A DNA stretch of 39,148 nt, taken from positions 1 to 39,148 of the forward strand of contig CANKHS010000001.1 of NCBI GenBank assembly GCA_947481755.1, read 5' to 3'. The translations under genes and the position numbers were made by a program. Below the pieces are notes generated by a model, which was not told the DNA's origin, did not search any database, and saw only the letters and a list, made by a program, of their open reading frames with translations. The stretch is from Actinomycetota bacterium (lineage in GTDB: Bacteria > Actinomycetota > Thermoleophilia > Gaiellales > F1-60-MAGs149). Shown here one piece after another: positions 17,645 through 26,063 of this stretch (the first letter of the stretch is position 1; every line of letters begins with the position of its first letter).

Positions 17645-19143
17645 GTCGTGCTCCAGACCAGTCGGGCACGGACGCCCGGCGTCGCGTCTTCGAGCAACAA
17701 GTCGCCCCGCAGCTGGTCGGTCGTCAATGCTCGCGCGATCTTGAGTCCGAGCGAGCGATCCGGATCGAAACCCTCGGGCAGGCCTGGCCCGCTATCGGTG
17801 ACGGTCAACTCGATCTGCTTGGCGTCCTGACGGAGCGCCACGCGCACATCACCTCCACCGTGCTCGTGCGCGTTCGCGTAGAGCTCGGAGAAGATCAGGG
17901 CAACCGCCGTCGCCGTATCGCCTGGCACCTCGACGTGGGCGAGTTCCTCAGCGGCGGCCGGCGTACCGAGTCCGTGTCCAAGCATCGCGGAAACCCGGCG
18001 GAGCAGGTCCGAGAGGTCGACATCGCCTTCGCGGCTCGCCGTCAGGAGGTCGTGGACCTCGGCGATCGACAAAATCCGATCCACGCTATCGGTCAAGGCG
18101 CGCTCTGGATCTGCACTACCCGCCCGTAGCCGCAGCAGTGAGGCGACGGTCTGCAGATTGTTTTTGACGCGATGATGAATCTCCTGCGCAACGATGCCGC
18201 GCATCACACCACGGCTCGACTCCACTGCTGCTGCGGCCTGGTTGGCAACGGAACGCAAGAGCATCTGTTCTTCGGGGGTAAAGGCGCGCCCGTCAGGCGT
18301 TGTCGTCACCAGGGCGCCGAGCCGACGCGACTTCCAGACGAGTGGCACCGCAAATACGCCCTGCTCATCGACCGGCGCTCGCAGACCCAGCGCAGCCAGT
18401 TCCTGATCGTCTGGCCCATCAACGCTCGAACGTCGAGCAACACTCGACCCCTCCGGCCCATCGAGCACCAGCGCACAGACCTCTGCATGAGCCGCGCGCC
18501 CCGCCGTCTCGGCAATGTGCGCCAAGGCCTCCTCCAGATACAGCGACTCGGTGACTGCCTGCGAGATGCTGCCCAGTGCCTCCAGCTCGGCCACGCGCCG
18601 CTGCGAGCGCTCGTAGAGCCGCGCGTTCTCGATGGCCTGGGCGACCTGTCGCGCGATCGTCTGGAGGAGCTCGATCTCGTCGTCGTGGTACTCGCGTGGC
18701 TCGACGGTGCGTACGTTCATGGCTCCGGCCAGACGCTCACGGCGATCTAAGATCGGGACGGCGAGGAGGCTCTGGAAGCGACGCTCTGGCAGGTTTGGAA
18801 ACTCCTTAAAGCGCGGATCGAGGTGCGCGTCTGCCGCAATCGCGACGGCCTCGCGCGTCTCGGCTGCCCACCCCGTCAGGCCCTCGCCGACCCGCATCCG
18901 TGGTGGCCCCGCCGTCGCCTCGACGTGCGTGCCGTGGACCGCCTGCAAGACCAACTCGTCGGCCGCATCGTCGTACGCGTAGACGAAGCAGGCGTCCGTC
19001 CCAAAGGCACGGGCAACGGCGACCGCCACCGCATCGGTGACCTCGGCGAGATCAAGCGAGCTCGTGACGGCCTCAACCGTCTCTGAGAGCAGGCTGAGGT
19101 GCCGTACGGCACGTGCTGTCGATGCGTTCGTTGGGTCTGTCAT
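17641..19143 (-). CDS. pdtaS: GAF-GAF sensor histidine kinase with HisKA_2-type phosphoacceptor (PdtaS-like)
   Basis: Two GAF-like regions. H-box EIHHRVKNNLQTVASLLRL (HisKA_2/HWE style). ATPase region LIFSELYANAHEHG...VTDSGPGLP. No TM segment. The ATG at 19143 is preceded by GAGGTGG; a GTG at 19167 is an alternative start. Confidence 0.85.
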   Translation of the reverse strand: MTDPTNASTARAVRHLSLLSETVEAVTSSLDLAEVTDAVAVAVARAFGTDACFVYAYDDAADELVLQAVHGTHVEATAGPPRMRVGEGLTGWAAETREAVAIAADAHLDPRFKEFPNLPERRFQSLLAVPILDRRERLAGAMNVRTVEPREYHDDEIELLQTIARQVAQAIENARLYERSQRRVAELEALGSISQAVTESLYLEEALAHIAETAGRAAHAEVCALVLDGPEGSSVARRSSVDGPDDQELAALGLRAPVDEQGVFAVPLVWKSRRLGALVTTTPDGRAFTPEEQMLLRSVANQAAAAVESSRGVMRGIVAQEIHHRVKNNLQTVASLLRLRAGSADPERALTDSVDRILSIAEVHDLLTASREGDVDLSDLLRRVSAMLGHGLGTPAAAEELAHVEVPGDTATAVALIFSELYANAHEHGGGDVRVALRQDAKQIELTVTDSGPGLPEGFDPDRSLGLKIARALTTDQLRGDLLLEDATPGVRARLVWSTT

Positions 19144-19191
19144 GCCACCTCGTGCCGACGGTAGCACGGGACTCCTAGCTGTCTCTACGCC

Positions 19192-19743
19192 TTAGGCCGC
19201 GAGCGACAGCCTCGCGTCCTCCTCCGCAGCCTCGCGAGCGCGGGCGGGAAGATACGGATGCCAAGATCGGGGGATCGACCGGGTTCCGAGCGTCAGATAG
19301 ACATCGGGGTGAGGTGCACGTGGCGTCTTCTGCAACGGCATCCCGGCCTCATGTGGCAACCGGTCACGTTTGCGGAGATTGCACGGCGAACAGGCCGTGA
19401 CTACGTTCTCCCAGGTTGACTCCCCGCCCCGCGAGCGTGGGTTGACATGATCGAGCGTCAGACGCGCCCCGCTACCGCAGTACTGACAGGCGTTGCCATC
19501 GCGAGCGAAGAGCGCGCGCCGGGTAATGCGCCGCGACGTAAAGCGCGGCACCTTGACGTACGAGACCAATCGAATCACCACGGGATGCGGCAGCGTCGTC
19601 GAGGGGGAGCGAATCATGCGCTCGGGGTGTGCCTCCAGGACGACGGCTTTCTGGGACAGCACGAGACTACACGCCCGCCAAACGCTGGTCACGTTGAGCG
19701 GTTCGTACGTCGCGTTCAACACGAGCACGCTGCCTGTCATCAC
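19192..19743 (-). CDS. HNH endonuclease family protein
   Basis: CQYCGSGARLTLDHVNPRSRGGESTWENVVTACSPCNLRK (the HNH/Cys4 box), preceded by the conserved N-terminal LVLNATYEPLNV segment. Confidence 0.85.
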   Translation of the reverse strand: MMTGSVLVLNATYEPLNVTSVWRACSLVLSQKAVVLEAHPERMIRSPSTTLPHPVVIRLVSYVKVPRFTSRRITRRALFARDGNACQYCGSGARLTLDHVNPRSRGGESTWENVVTACSPCNLRKRDRLPHEAGMPLQKTPRAPHPDVYLTLGTRSIPRSWHPYLPARAREAAEEDARLSLAA

Positions 19744-19790
19744 ACCGCGAGGGTAGCACCGGCCTCCCGGCGTTTACCGGAATGCGACCG

Positions 19791-20279
19791 TTAGCGCAGC
19801 GCGTGGGTGATCGCCTGCTGCTCCTCCGGCGTCAAGGCCAGCGAGCCCGCACCACCGCGCAAGACGTCCTTGACGAACAGACTCGTGACCGTCCCCGCAT
19901 GCACGGCGCTGATGACGATGCCCGATCCATTGCGGTCGAGCAGCGCGAGTGACGTCGAGCGACGTCCCTCTTCGTCGTCGTTGGCATCGAAGCGGACGAT
20001 CGAGCGGCGACGAAGCAAAACGTCGAGGGTGCCGAGTGCGGAGACGACCTCGTCCCGCAGGTGCACGCCATCCAGCTCGAGCCGCTCCATGCGTGCCTGC
20101 ATCCCAACGGCAAACTCGACCAGATCGACCGGTTCTCCGTCCAAGAGGGCCTGCTCGGCACGACGCAACCGTCCAGCCCAGCGCGCCGTCCGCGCCGCAA
20201 TCACGAGCGCCACGATCGCGAGCGCAAGACCGACAGCCCCAACGATCAACGCCACCGTGCCCTGCAATTCGGCCGTCAC
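19791..20279 (-). CDS. DUF4446-like membrane-anchored protein
   Basis: N-terminal TM helix VALIVGAVGLALAIVALVIAA, then RFDANDDEEGRRSTSLALLDRNGSGIVISAVHAG, which resembles DUF4446. GTG start. Confidence 0.65.
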   Translation of the reverse strand: MTAELQGTVALIVGAVGLALAIVALVIAARTARWAGRLRRAEQALLDGEPVDLVEFAVGMQARMERLELDGVHLRDEVVSALGTLDVLLRRRSIVRFDANDDEEGRRSTSLALLDRNGSGIVISAVHAGTVTSLFVKDVLRGGAGSLALTPEEQQAITHALR

Positions 20280-20293
20280 CGCAATCCCTGACC

Positions 20294-21499
20294 TCAGGCG
20301 GGCTTGAGGCGGAACTGGATCTGGTAGACGCCGATGTTGTTATCGATGTTCTGCTCGCCCGGCACCTTCTCGACCGTCACCTTGGCCGTCACAACGCTGT
20401 CAAAGACGATGTCGGAGAGCCCAAACGGAATCTCGACGGTGCCTTGCGCACCTGGGTCGAGCGTCGTGATCTCGCCCGTTGGCAACGCGCGATCGTCCAT
20501 GCCCTTGGCACGCAGCACAATGTTTACCTTGACCGAAACCTCAGTGGCATCGCCCGAGTTCTGCACGGTGATGGCAAGCGACATGTTGTTGGCGCTATCA
20601 ACCTGGTTGACCGAGGCGGGATCGAGCTGCACGGTGCCGGGGTTGAAGGCCGAGCTGATCAGCGTGGTCCCGTGGAGCGCGCCCGAGGTCGTAACCCCAG
20701 CGCTATCCGTGGTCGTGACGACTGAGCCGTCGGTCCCAGTGCTCGTTACGACCGCTCCCCCGCCGTCCACGGGTGTACCACCGAGGAGCGCGTTGAGGAT
20801 CGACTGCATCCGCTGCGGTGCGGCGAACTCGATCAACTTGGGATCAACAAACTGCGAGTCGTCGACCGTCGCGTTGATCGATTTCTGAGCGAGGACCTGC
20901 TTGCTTGGGTCCTGATACGAGTCGGTGTAGACGACATCGGAGGCAATCAGGCGCTGGAAGGTCGCGGCGACGGCTGCCGACTGCTCCAGTGGGACCTGCC
21001 CCGTCGTACCTGCCGCGGTGAAGGCCTCCGTCAATGCGCGCTGGAGCCCTTGCAGTCCACTCACGCGGTACTGCATCGACTGGACGAGGAATGGTGTGTA
21101 GGGCGAGAGTCCATCGGGTGCACTGAGTGCTGCCGCGTTGGTGGCGATCTGCTGCTGCGCCTGGATTTCACGATTGAGCGACTTGTTCAGACCATCGGGT
21201 GTCTGACCCGCCGTCAGGATCGCGGCCGAGAATTCCGAGCCGACGGTACCGGACGCCTTCGCGACCTCATTCGACTGCGCGACAAAGCCCTGATACGCGG
21301 ATACCTCGCGGTCGCGCTGACAGCGCTGGACCAGGAAGTAGCCGGCGACGACAACAATCAGGATGCCGATTGCGAGGACGAGCAGCCGCTGAGGGCCTTT
21401 GCCACGCGCGGCGCCCGGCAAGGAAGGCCGCTTTCGCCCAGAGCGCTCGGGCGGGGCCTCGTCGTACTCGTCGTCAAAAAAGGAAAGGAACGCAGGCAT
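20294..21499 (-). CDS. membrane-anchored protein with C-terminal CARDB-like domain
   Basis: One TM helix (LLVLAIGILIVVVAGYFLV), a helical ectodomain, a Thr/Gly/Ser linker, then LAITVQNSGDATEVSVKVNIVL...GAQGTVEIPF...VTVEKVPGEQNIDNNIGVYQI, which fits the CARDB pattern. Start is the ATG at 21499 or, alternatively, the GTG at 21541. Confidence 0.55.
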   Translation of the reverse strand: MPAFLSFFDDEYDEAPPERSGRKRPSLPGAARGKGPQRLLVLAIGILIVVVAGYFLVQRCQRDREVSAYQGFVAQSNEVAKASGTVGSEFSAAILTAGQTPDGLNKSLNREIQAQQQIATNAAALSAPDGLSPYTPFLVQSMQYRVSGLQGLQRALTEAFTAAGTTGQVPLEQSAAVAATFQRLIASDVVYTDSYQDPSKQVLAQKSINATVDDSQFVDPKLIEFAAPQRMQSILNALLGGTPVDGGGAVVTSTGTDGSVVTTTDSAGVTTSGALHGTTLISSAFNPGTVQLDPASVNQVDSANNMSLAITVQNSGDATEVSVKVNIVLRAKGMDDRALPTGEITTLDPGAQGTVEIPFGLSDIVFDSVVTAKVTVEKVPGEQNIDNNIGVYQIQFRLKPA

Positions 21500-21503
21500 A
21501 AAT

Positions 21504-21539
21504 GGCGAAACGGGAGTGGTGCTGTCCCGGTCTTTCGCC
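21504..21539. promoter_or_regulatory. imperfect 12-bp hairpin in the divergent control region between the CARDB gene and the polytopic kinase gene
   Basis: ggcgaaa-cggga (21504-21515) pairs with tcccg-gtc-tttcgcc (21525-21539), with a 9-nt loop and a 3-nt bulge. It lies 5 nt from the ATG at 21499. Confidence 0.3.
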
Positions 21540-21580
21540 ACATTACCACTCGATCCTCCCAAATACCTGCGGCAGGCGCT

Positions 21581-23425
21581 GTGACCGTTCGCCCCCTCCG
21601 CAGTGCACCGCACGGTGTACCGCCGCTCTTCCCTGAGGGAATCGTCGCTGATCGGTACCGAATTATCGAGACAATCGGGGTTGGTGGTAGCGCCACCGTC
21701 TTCGAGGCAGAGGATCTTCAGACCGGCGAAATGGTTGCCCTCAAGGCAATTCCAGCCGAGGAGAAGCTACGCCGCCGTGCTCGCCGCGAGATGCGTGCCG
21801 TCAGTTCGCTCGACCACGGCGCCATCGTGCGCATGCTCAGCAACGCCGAGGACGAGAACTACATTTTCGTCTCCTTCGAGCTGGTCCGAGGTAATGACCT
21901 CTCGGTCGTGTTGCGCGAAAAACGTCTTGAGGAGTCCGAGATCCTGCGCGCCGTCGCTGCCGTCTGCGACGCCCTTGAGCACGCCCATGCTCGCGGTGTC
22001 ATCCATCGCGATGTCAAGCCCGGCAACATCCTGCTGCGCGACGACGGCATCCTCAAGCTGACCGATTTCGGGATCGCGCAGATGGACCACCCAGATGCAA
22101 CCGTCGACGAGAGCCTGCTCGGCACGCTTTCGTACATGGCCCCCGAACAGGTCCGCGGCGAGATGCTGACGGGCTCAGTTGACGTCTGGGCCGCTGCGCT
22201 CGTTGCCTACGAAGCGCTGACCCGCAAGAACCCGTACCGCTCGAAGAATCCGGTTGAGCTGGCAGAGAAACACCGCAAGTTGCGTCTTTCGTTGCGCGCT
22301 GAGCGTCCCGACCTTCCCGAGGCCGCGACCAAGATGATCGACCGTGCCCTCGATCTCGATAACCAGCGTCGACCATTGCCAAGCCAGTTGCGCGACGCTC
22401 TCCTGCGGGGCGCAGTCGCAATGGAACGCGGAGGCGCCGAGCTCGACCCGTCGATCGAGATGCCGCCAATGGAGCCACGCGTGCGGCTCCGGAAGCGCTG
22501 GCTACGGGCCGTCCCAGATCTGATCGAGGAGCACCGCGAGCGCCACGACAACGACGAGTCGGGCCAACAGTCCCAGACGGAAGTCCGGATTACCGCCGCC
22601 CTGACGCGCATCCAGCCGCACTGGCCTGTCGCGCTGACTGGGGTTGCCAGCGTTGCGCTGCTCGGTGCACTGCCATTTTATCCGACCGGCTGGCCCATCG
22701 CGATTGCCCTGCTCGCCGCCGTAGTGGCGTTGCGTCTGCCCTTGATCGCCGGCGCCCTCGTACTCGCAGCTGCCCTGCCCCTACTCGGCAACCTCGCCTT
22801 TGGCCTTGTCCCTGGCGGCGCGCTCTTCGTGGTCGCCTGGGTCCTCCTGATGGCGCGCGACGGCAAGCGCGTACTGCTTCCGCTCCTAGCGCCGCTCTGC
22901 ACCCTCTGTTTTGCCTGGTCGCTGTATCCCCTGTTTTGTGGCTCGTCTCCGCGCGCATACATTCGTGGCGCTCTCGGTGCAGCCGGCGCCTTGGCGATGA
23001 CCGTGGCGCTCGGAGTGTCTGGCTATGGCTCACCGTTTAGCCCGACACCAGAGCTGGCGACGCTCGGCACCCAACTCGCGGGGGCTGATGATGCGATCGC
23101 CACTGCCGGCACCGTTGCCGCTGCGATTGGCTTCGGTCCGCTGCTGTTGGCCGTTCTCTGGGCCGCCCTCGCTGTAGCCGCACCCCGGGTCCTAACAACG
23201 TCGGGCCGCGCCCTCGTGATCAGCGCCGGCTTGTGGCTCAGCCTTGGAACACTGGCCACGTTAGCCATCCCTGTGTTGATCACCGGAGCACTATTTGCAC
23301 CGATCCCGATCGTGATGGGCGCTGGGGCGGCGGGTATAGTGATTTTTGTCCGCTCTCGCAGCCTTGACACCGCCACCATGGCGGCCGTGGACAGCAAGTC
23401 AACTGGCAATCAGAGGATGTTCTAA
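21581..23425 (+). CDS. Ser/Thr protein kinase fused to a C-terminal polytopic (about 8-9 TM) membrane domain
   Basis: All catalytic motifs are present: GVGGSATVF, VALKAI, VIHRDVKPGNILL, LTDFGIA, SYMAPEQ. From about 22620 onward the protein is a series of hydrophobic helices. GTG at 21581 is the closest in-frame start upstream of the kinase domain; the ORF-track start at 21050 would overlap the divergent gene. Confidence 0.8.
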   Translation: MTVRPLRSAPHGVPPLFPEGIVADRYRIIETIGVGGSATVFEAEDLQTGEMVALKAIPAEEKLRRRARREMRAVSSLDHGAIVRMLSNAEDENYIFVSFELVRGNDLSVVLREKRLEESEILRAVAAVCDALEHAHARGVIHRDVKPGNILLRDDGILKLTDFGIAQMDHPDATVDESLLGTLSYMAPEQVRGEMLTGSVDVWAAALVAYEALTRKNPYRSKNPVELAEKHRKLRLSLRAERPDLPEAATKMIDRALDLDNQRRPLPSQLRDALLRGAVAMERGGAELDPSIEMPPMEPRVRLRKRWLRAVPDLIEEHRERHDNDESGQQSQTEVRITAALTRIQPHWPVALTGVASVALLGALPFYPTGWPIAIALLAAVVALRLPLIAGALVLAAALPLLGNLAFGLVPGGALFVVAWVLLMARDGKRVLLPLLAPLCTLCFAWSLYPLFCGSSPRAYIRGALGAAGALAMTVALGVSGYGSPFSPTPELATLGTQLAGADDAIATAGTVAAAIGFGPLLLAVLWAALAVAAPRVLTTSGRALVISAGLWLSLGTLATLAIPVLITGALFAPIPIVMGAGAAGIVIFVRSRSLDTATMAAVDSKSTGNQRMF

Positions 23426-24423
23426 TGGGTTTTCTGCGACGTATCGAGAGTCGGCTAGAGGGGGTCTTCGAGGGCGGCATCGGCCGTACCTTCCGCTCTC
23501 ACGTCCAGCCGGTCGAGTTGGCTCGCAAGCTGACAAAAGAGATGGATGACAACAAGATCATCTCCGTTCAGCAGGTCTACGTCCCGAACGCCTACACCGT
23601 TTTTCTGGCTCCCGATGATCGCGAGCAGTTCCTCGCCTACGAGGCACGGTTGCGCACAGAATTGGCTGGCTACCTGACGGAGCACGCACGCCGCGAGGGG
23701 TACTCGCTGCCCGGTCGCGCTCGCGTCATGATCGAAACGGCCGACGAACTCGAGGTCGGCACCTTCGGGATTGCCGCCGAAATGGAGGAGACACCGCCGC
23801 CCGTGGCCGCGGATAGTCCACCGCCATCCGAACAGTTGCCCGCAGAATTTGGTGGCGGTGCCGCCCCTGCCGCTACAGCCGCAGCCGCCGCAGCAGCGGC
23901 CCCCGTGGCACCGGCAGCGCCCAGTCCCCCCATCCCGCCGGTTGCCCCCATCATCGATCCGTTCGCCGTCGATGCCTCGGACGAGTTCGCCGCCGCCGCG
24001 CCAACTCCACCCGTCGCCCCTGAGGTCCCAACACCACCGGCCGCCCCCGCTCCTCCGGAGCCGGCAGTCGTTGCAGCAGCAGCCGTCGCAGCCACTCCGC
24101 CGCCACCCGCAGAGCCGCCCGTCGCGGCGCCTGCGCCCGTCGCTCATTGGACACTGGTCTGGCCAGGTGGCGAGGTCACGATTGGTGGCAACGCGCTTGT
24201 GATCGGTCGCAGCAAGGACTGCGATGTACCGCTTGCCGACGGCAATGTGTCGCGGCGCCACGCCGAGCTCGGCCGCAGCGAGGAAGGCTTCGTCCTGCGT
24301 GATCTTGATTCGACCAACGGCACGATGGTCAACGGGCGCCGCATTCGCAGCGCCACGATTGGTGCCGGCGATGAGATCACGATCGGGATGAGCACGCTGC
24401 GAATCGAGCAGCGGCACGGCTGA
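23425..24423 (+). CDS. fhaA: FhaA-like protein (DUF3662 N-domain, Ala/Pro linker, C-terminal FHA)
   Basis: MGFLRRIESRLEGVFEGGIGRTFRSHVQPVELARKL...VYVPNAYTVFLAPDD (DUF3662), a long AP-rich linker, and FHA motifs IGRSKDCDVPLADGNVSRRHAEL...LDSTNGTMVNG. The ATG overlaps the kinase TAA by 1 nt. Confidence 0.9.
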   Translation: MGFLRRIESRLEGVFEGGIGRTFRSHVQPVELARKLTKEMDDNKIISVQQVYVPNAYTVFLAPDDREQFLAYEARLRTELAGYLTEHARREGYSLPGRARVMIETADELEVGTFGIAAEMEETPPPVAADSPPPSEQLPAEFGGGAAPAATAAAAAAAAPVAPAAPSPPIPPVAPIIDPFAVDASDEFAAAAPTPPVAPEVPTPPAAPAPPEPAVVAAAAVAATPPPPAEPPVAAPAPVAHWTLVWPGGEVTIGGNALVIGRSKDCDVPLADGNVSRRHAELGRSEEGFVLRDLDSTNGTMVNGRRIRSATIGAGDEITIGMSTLRIEQRHG

Positions 24424-24426
24424 GCG

Positions 24427-24921
24427 ATGGTCGATCAGGCACTCCTCCTACTCCGTATTGGAGTGCTGGTCCTGCTCTACCTCTTCGTCTGGCGGATTGC
24501 GCGGACGGCGATTCGTGATGTTCGCGGCTCGTCTGAGAGCATGATCTTGAGCCCCGGCCATGGCTTCGACCCGAAGCCACCCCCTGCCGCTGTTCCCGTG
24601 ATGCCGGCGACACCCGGCCGGCTTGTCGTGGTTGCGAGCGACATTCTGCCGCTCGGTGCTGCCGTGGTGCTGGATCAACCTGAGGTGCTTCTCGGTCGCG
24701 ATCCCCGTGCCGCAGCAGTGCTGGATGGCGATGACTTCGTTTCGGGGCGCCACGCAATGGTGCGCGCACGTGGCGGTGCACCCACGGTCACGGATCTTGG
24801 TTCGACCAACGGCACGTACGTCAACGGCGAGCGCATCGCGGCAGAGACGCCCCTGCACGAGGGTGATGAGGTGGCGGTCGGTTCCACGCGGATGATCTAC
24901 GAACCGGGTGCGACCCCATGA
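24427..24921 (+). CDS. fhaB: FhaB/FipA-like membrane-anchored FHA-domain protein
   Basis: N-terminal TM helix LLLLRIGVLVLLYLFVW and a C-terminal FHA domain (LGRDPRAAAVLDGDDFVSGRHAMV...LGSTNGTYVNGERI). Confidence 0.85.
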   Translation: MVDQALLLLRIGVLVLLYLFVWRIARTAIRDVRGSSESMILSPGHGFDPKPPPAAVPVMPATPGRLVVVASDILPLGAAVVLDQPEVLLGRDPRAAAVLDGDDFVSGRHAMVRARGGAPTVTDLGSTNGTYVNGERIAAETPLHEGDEVAVGSTRMIYEPGATP

Positions 24922-26063
24922 TGCTCGTCGTCCGCGAAACGGGCGCCTGCAGCGACGTAGGGCAGGTCCGTCAGTCCAACGAGGACGCGCTCCTGCTTTC
25001 GGATCCGGTCTTTGCCGTGGCCGACGGAATGGGCGGGGCCCGCGCCGGCGAGGTGGCGAGTGCGATGGCCGTTGCCGCTCTCCACGGCTTAGACGGTGGC
25101 GAACAGGCGCTGGCCAGCGCTATCGAAGACGTCAACCTGAGAATTCATAACGCGTCTCAGGGCGACGCTTCCCTGCTCGGCATGGGGACAACGATCACCG
25201 CAGCCATGCTCGATGGTGATGCGCTGGTGCTCGGACACGTCGGCGATTCGCGCGCCTACCTGTTTCGCTCTGGTCGTCTCCAGCAACTAACCGACGATCA
25301 CTCCCTGGTCGGCGAACTCGTACGCCGTGGCACGCTCACGCCTGCCGAGGCCGAACGTCACCCGCAGCGTTCGGTGATCACCCGCGCGCTAGGTGCCGAA
25401 GGTCGAGTCGACATCGATGTGCTGCGCATTGCGATCGAAGCCGACGATCTGATCCTGCTCTGTAGTGACGGGCTGACCGGGATGGTCGCCGACGCCGAGA
25501 TCACCCGCATCCTGCGGGGCGGTGGCTCGCTCGAACAGCTCGCCCAGCAGCTCGTCACCGCAGCCAATGGCGCGGGCGGCGAAGACAACGTCACCGCCGT
25601 GTTGTTACGCATGGGTACGCGCGGCGCCGAGGACACCGAGCCAGAACGCCCACCAATCGTGATTCTGCCGCCGACAGCGCTCGATAGCGGTCCGATCCCC
25701 CCGCCAACGACACCCAAGCCCCGCCGCCGCCGCAGACTCAACCTCCTCACGGCCGGGCTCGTCGCTGCCGTCGGTATCGCACTCGCCGTCGGGATTGCCG
25801 TCGGCCTGCAATGGGCCCACTTCGTCGGTGCAACGCCCAATGGGCGCGTTGCGATCTATCAGGGCCTGCCCTTTGAGGTCACGAGTAGCGTCACGCTCTA
25901 TCGCGCAGTCACGATTACCGACGTCCCGACGGCCGTGCTGTCGACGGACCAACGTGCCACCTTGCTCGATCAGCGCATCGGCTCGCTCGGCAGCGCGGAG
26001 GACCGCATCGCCGCACTGACCTCCGCCTCGCCCTGGCTGCGGTTGCCGCCGAGCGCACCGTGA
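24918..26063 (+). CDS. pstP: PP2C-family Ser/Thr phosphatase (PstP-like) with TM helix and extracellular tail
   Basis: SDVGQVRQSNEDA, AVADGMGG, GMGTTITA, LLCSDGL and GGEDNVTAVL, followed by the TM helix LLTAGLVAAVGIALAVGIAVGL. ATGA overlap with fhaB. Confidence 0.9.
   Translation: MMLVVRETGACSDVGQVRQSNEDALLLSDPVFAVADGMGGARAGEVASAMAVAALHGLDGGEQALASAIEDVNLRIHNASQGDASLLGMGTTITAAMLDGDALVLGHVGDSRAYLFRSGRLQQLTDDHSLVGELVRRGTLTPAEAERHPQRSVITRALGAEGRVDIDVLRIAIEADDLILLCSDGLTGMVADAEITRILRGGGSLEQLAQQLVTAANGAGGEDNVTAVLLRMGTRGAEDTEPERPPIVILPPTALDSGPIPPPTTPKPRRRRRLNLLTAGLVAAVGIALAVGIAVGLQWAHFVGATPNGRVAIYQGLPFEVTSSVTLYRAVTITDVPTAVLSTDQRATLLDQRIGSLGSAEDRIAALTSASPWLRLPPSAP

Noticed and set aside
19192-19743. 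The HNH endonuclease as a homing endonuclease, mobile element or restriction component.
   Set aside because: There are no flanking intein or intron, transposase, methyltransferase or repeats, and composition looks the same as in neighbouring genes. The protein has the conserved N-terminal extension of a widespread stand-alone actinobacterial HNH family. It is kept only as a low-interest trio finding.
21050-21580. N-terminal extensions implied by the ORF track: 21050 for the kinase, 312..1196 for tmk, 740 for LytR_C, 3350, 15352, 33202, 6627 and 13800.
   Set aside because: The extensions are Arg/Pro-rich, overlap neighbouring genes, and precede the point where family similarity starts. Internal starts give tidy overlaps or short spacers.
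23770-24140. Repetitive gcc/gcg/ccg-rich DNA in fhaA that could be mistaken for a tandem repeat or array.
   Set aside because: It is in frame within fhaA and encodes the Ala/Pro-rich low-complexity linker typical of FhaA. There is no regular repeat-spacer periodicity.
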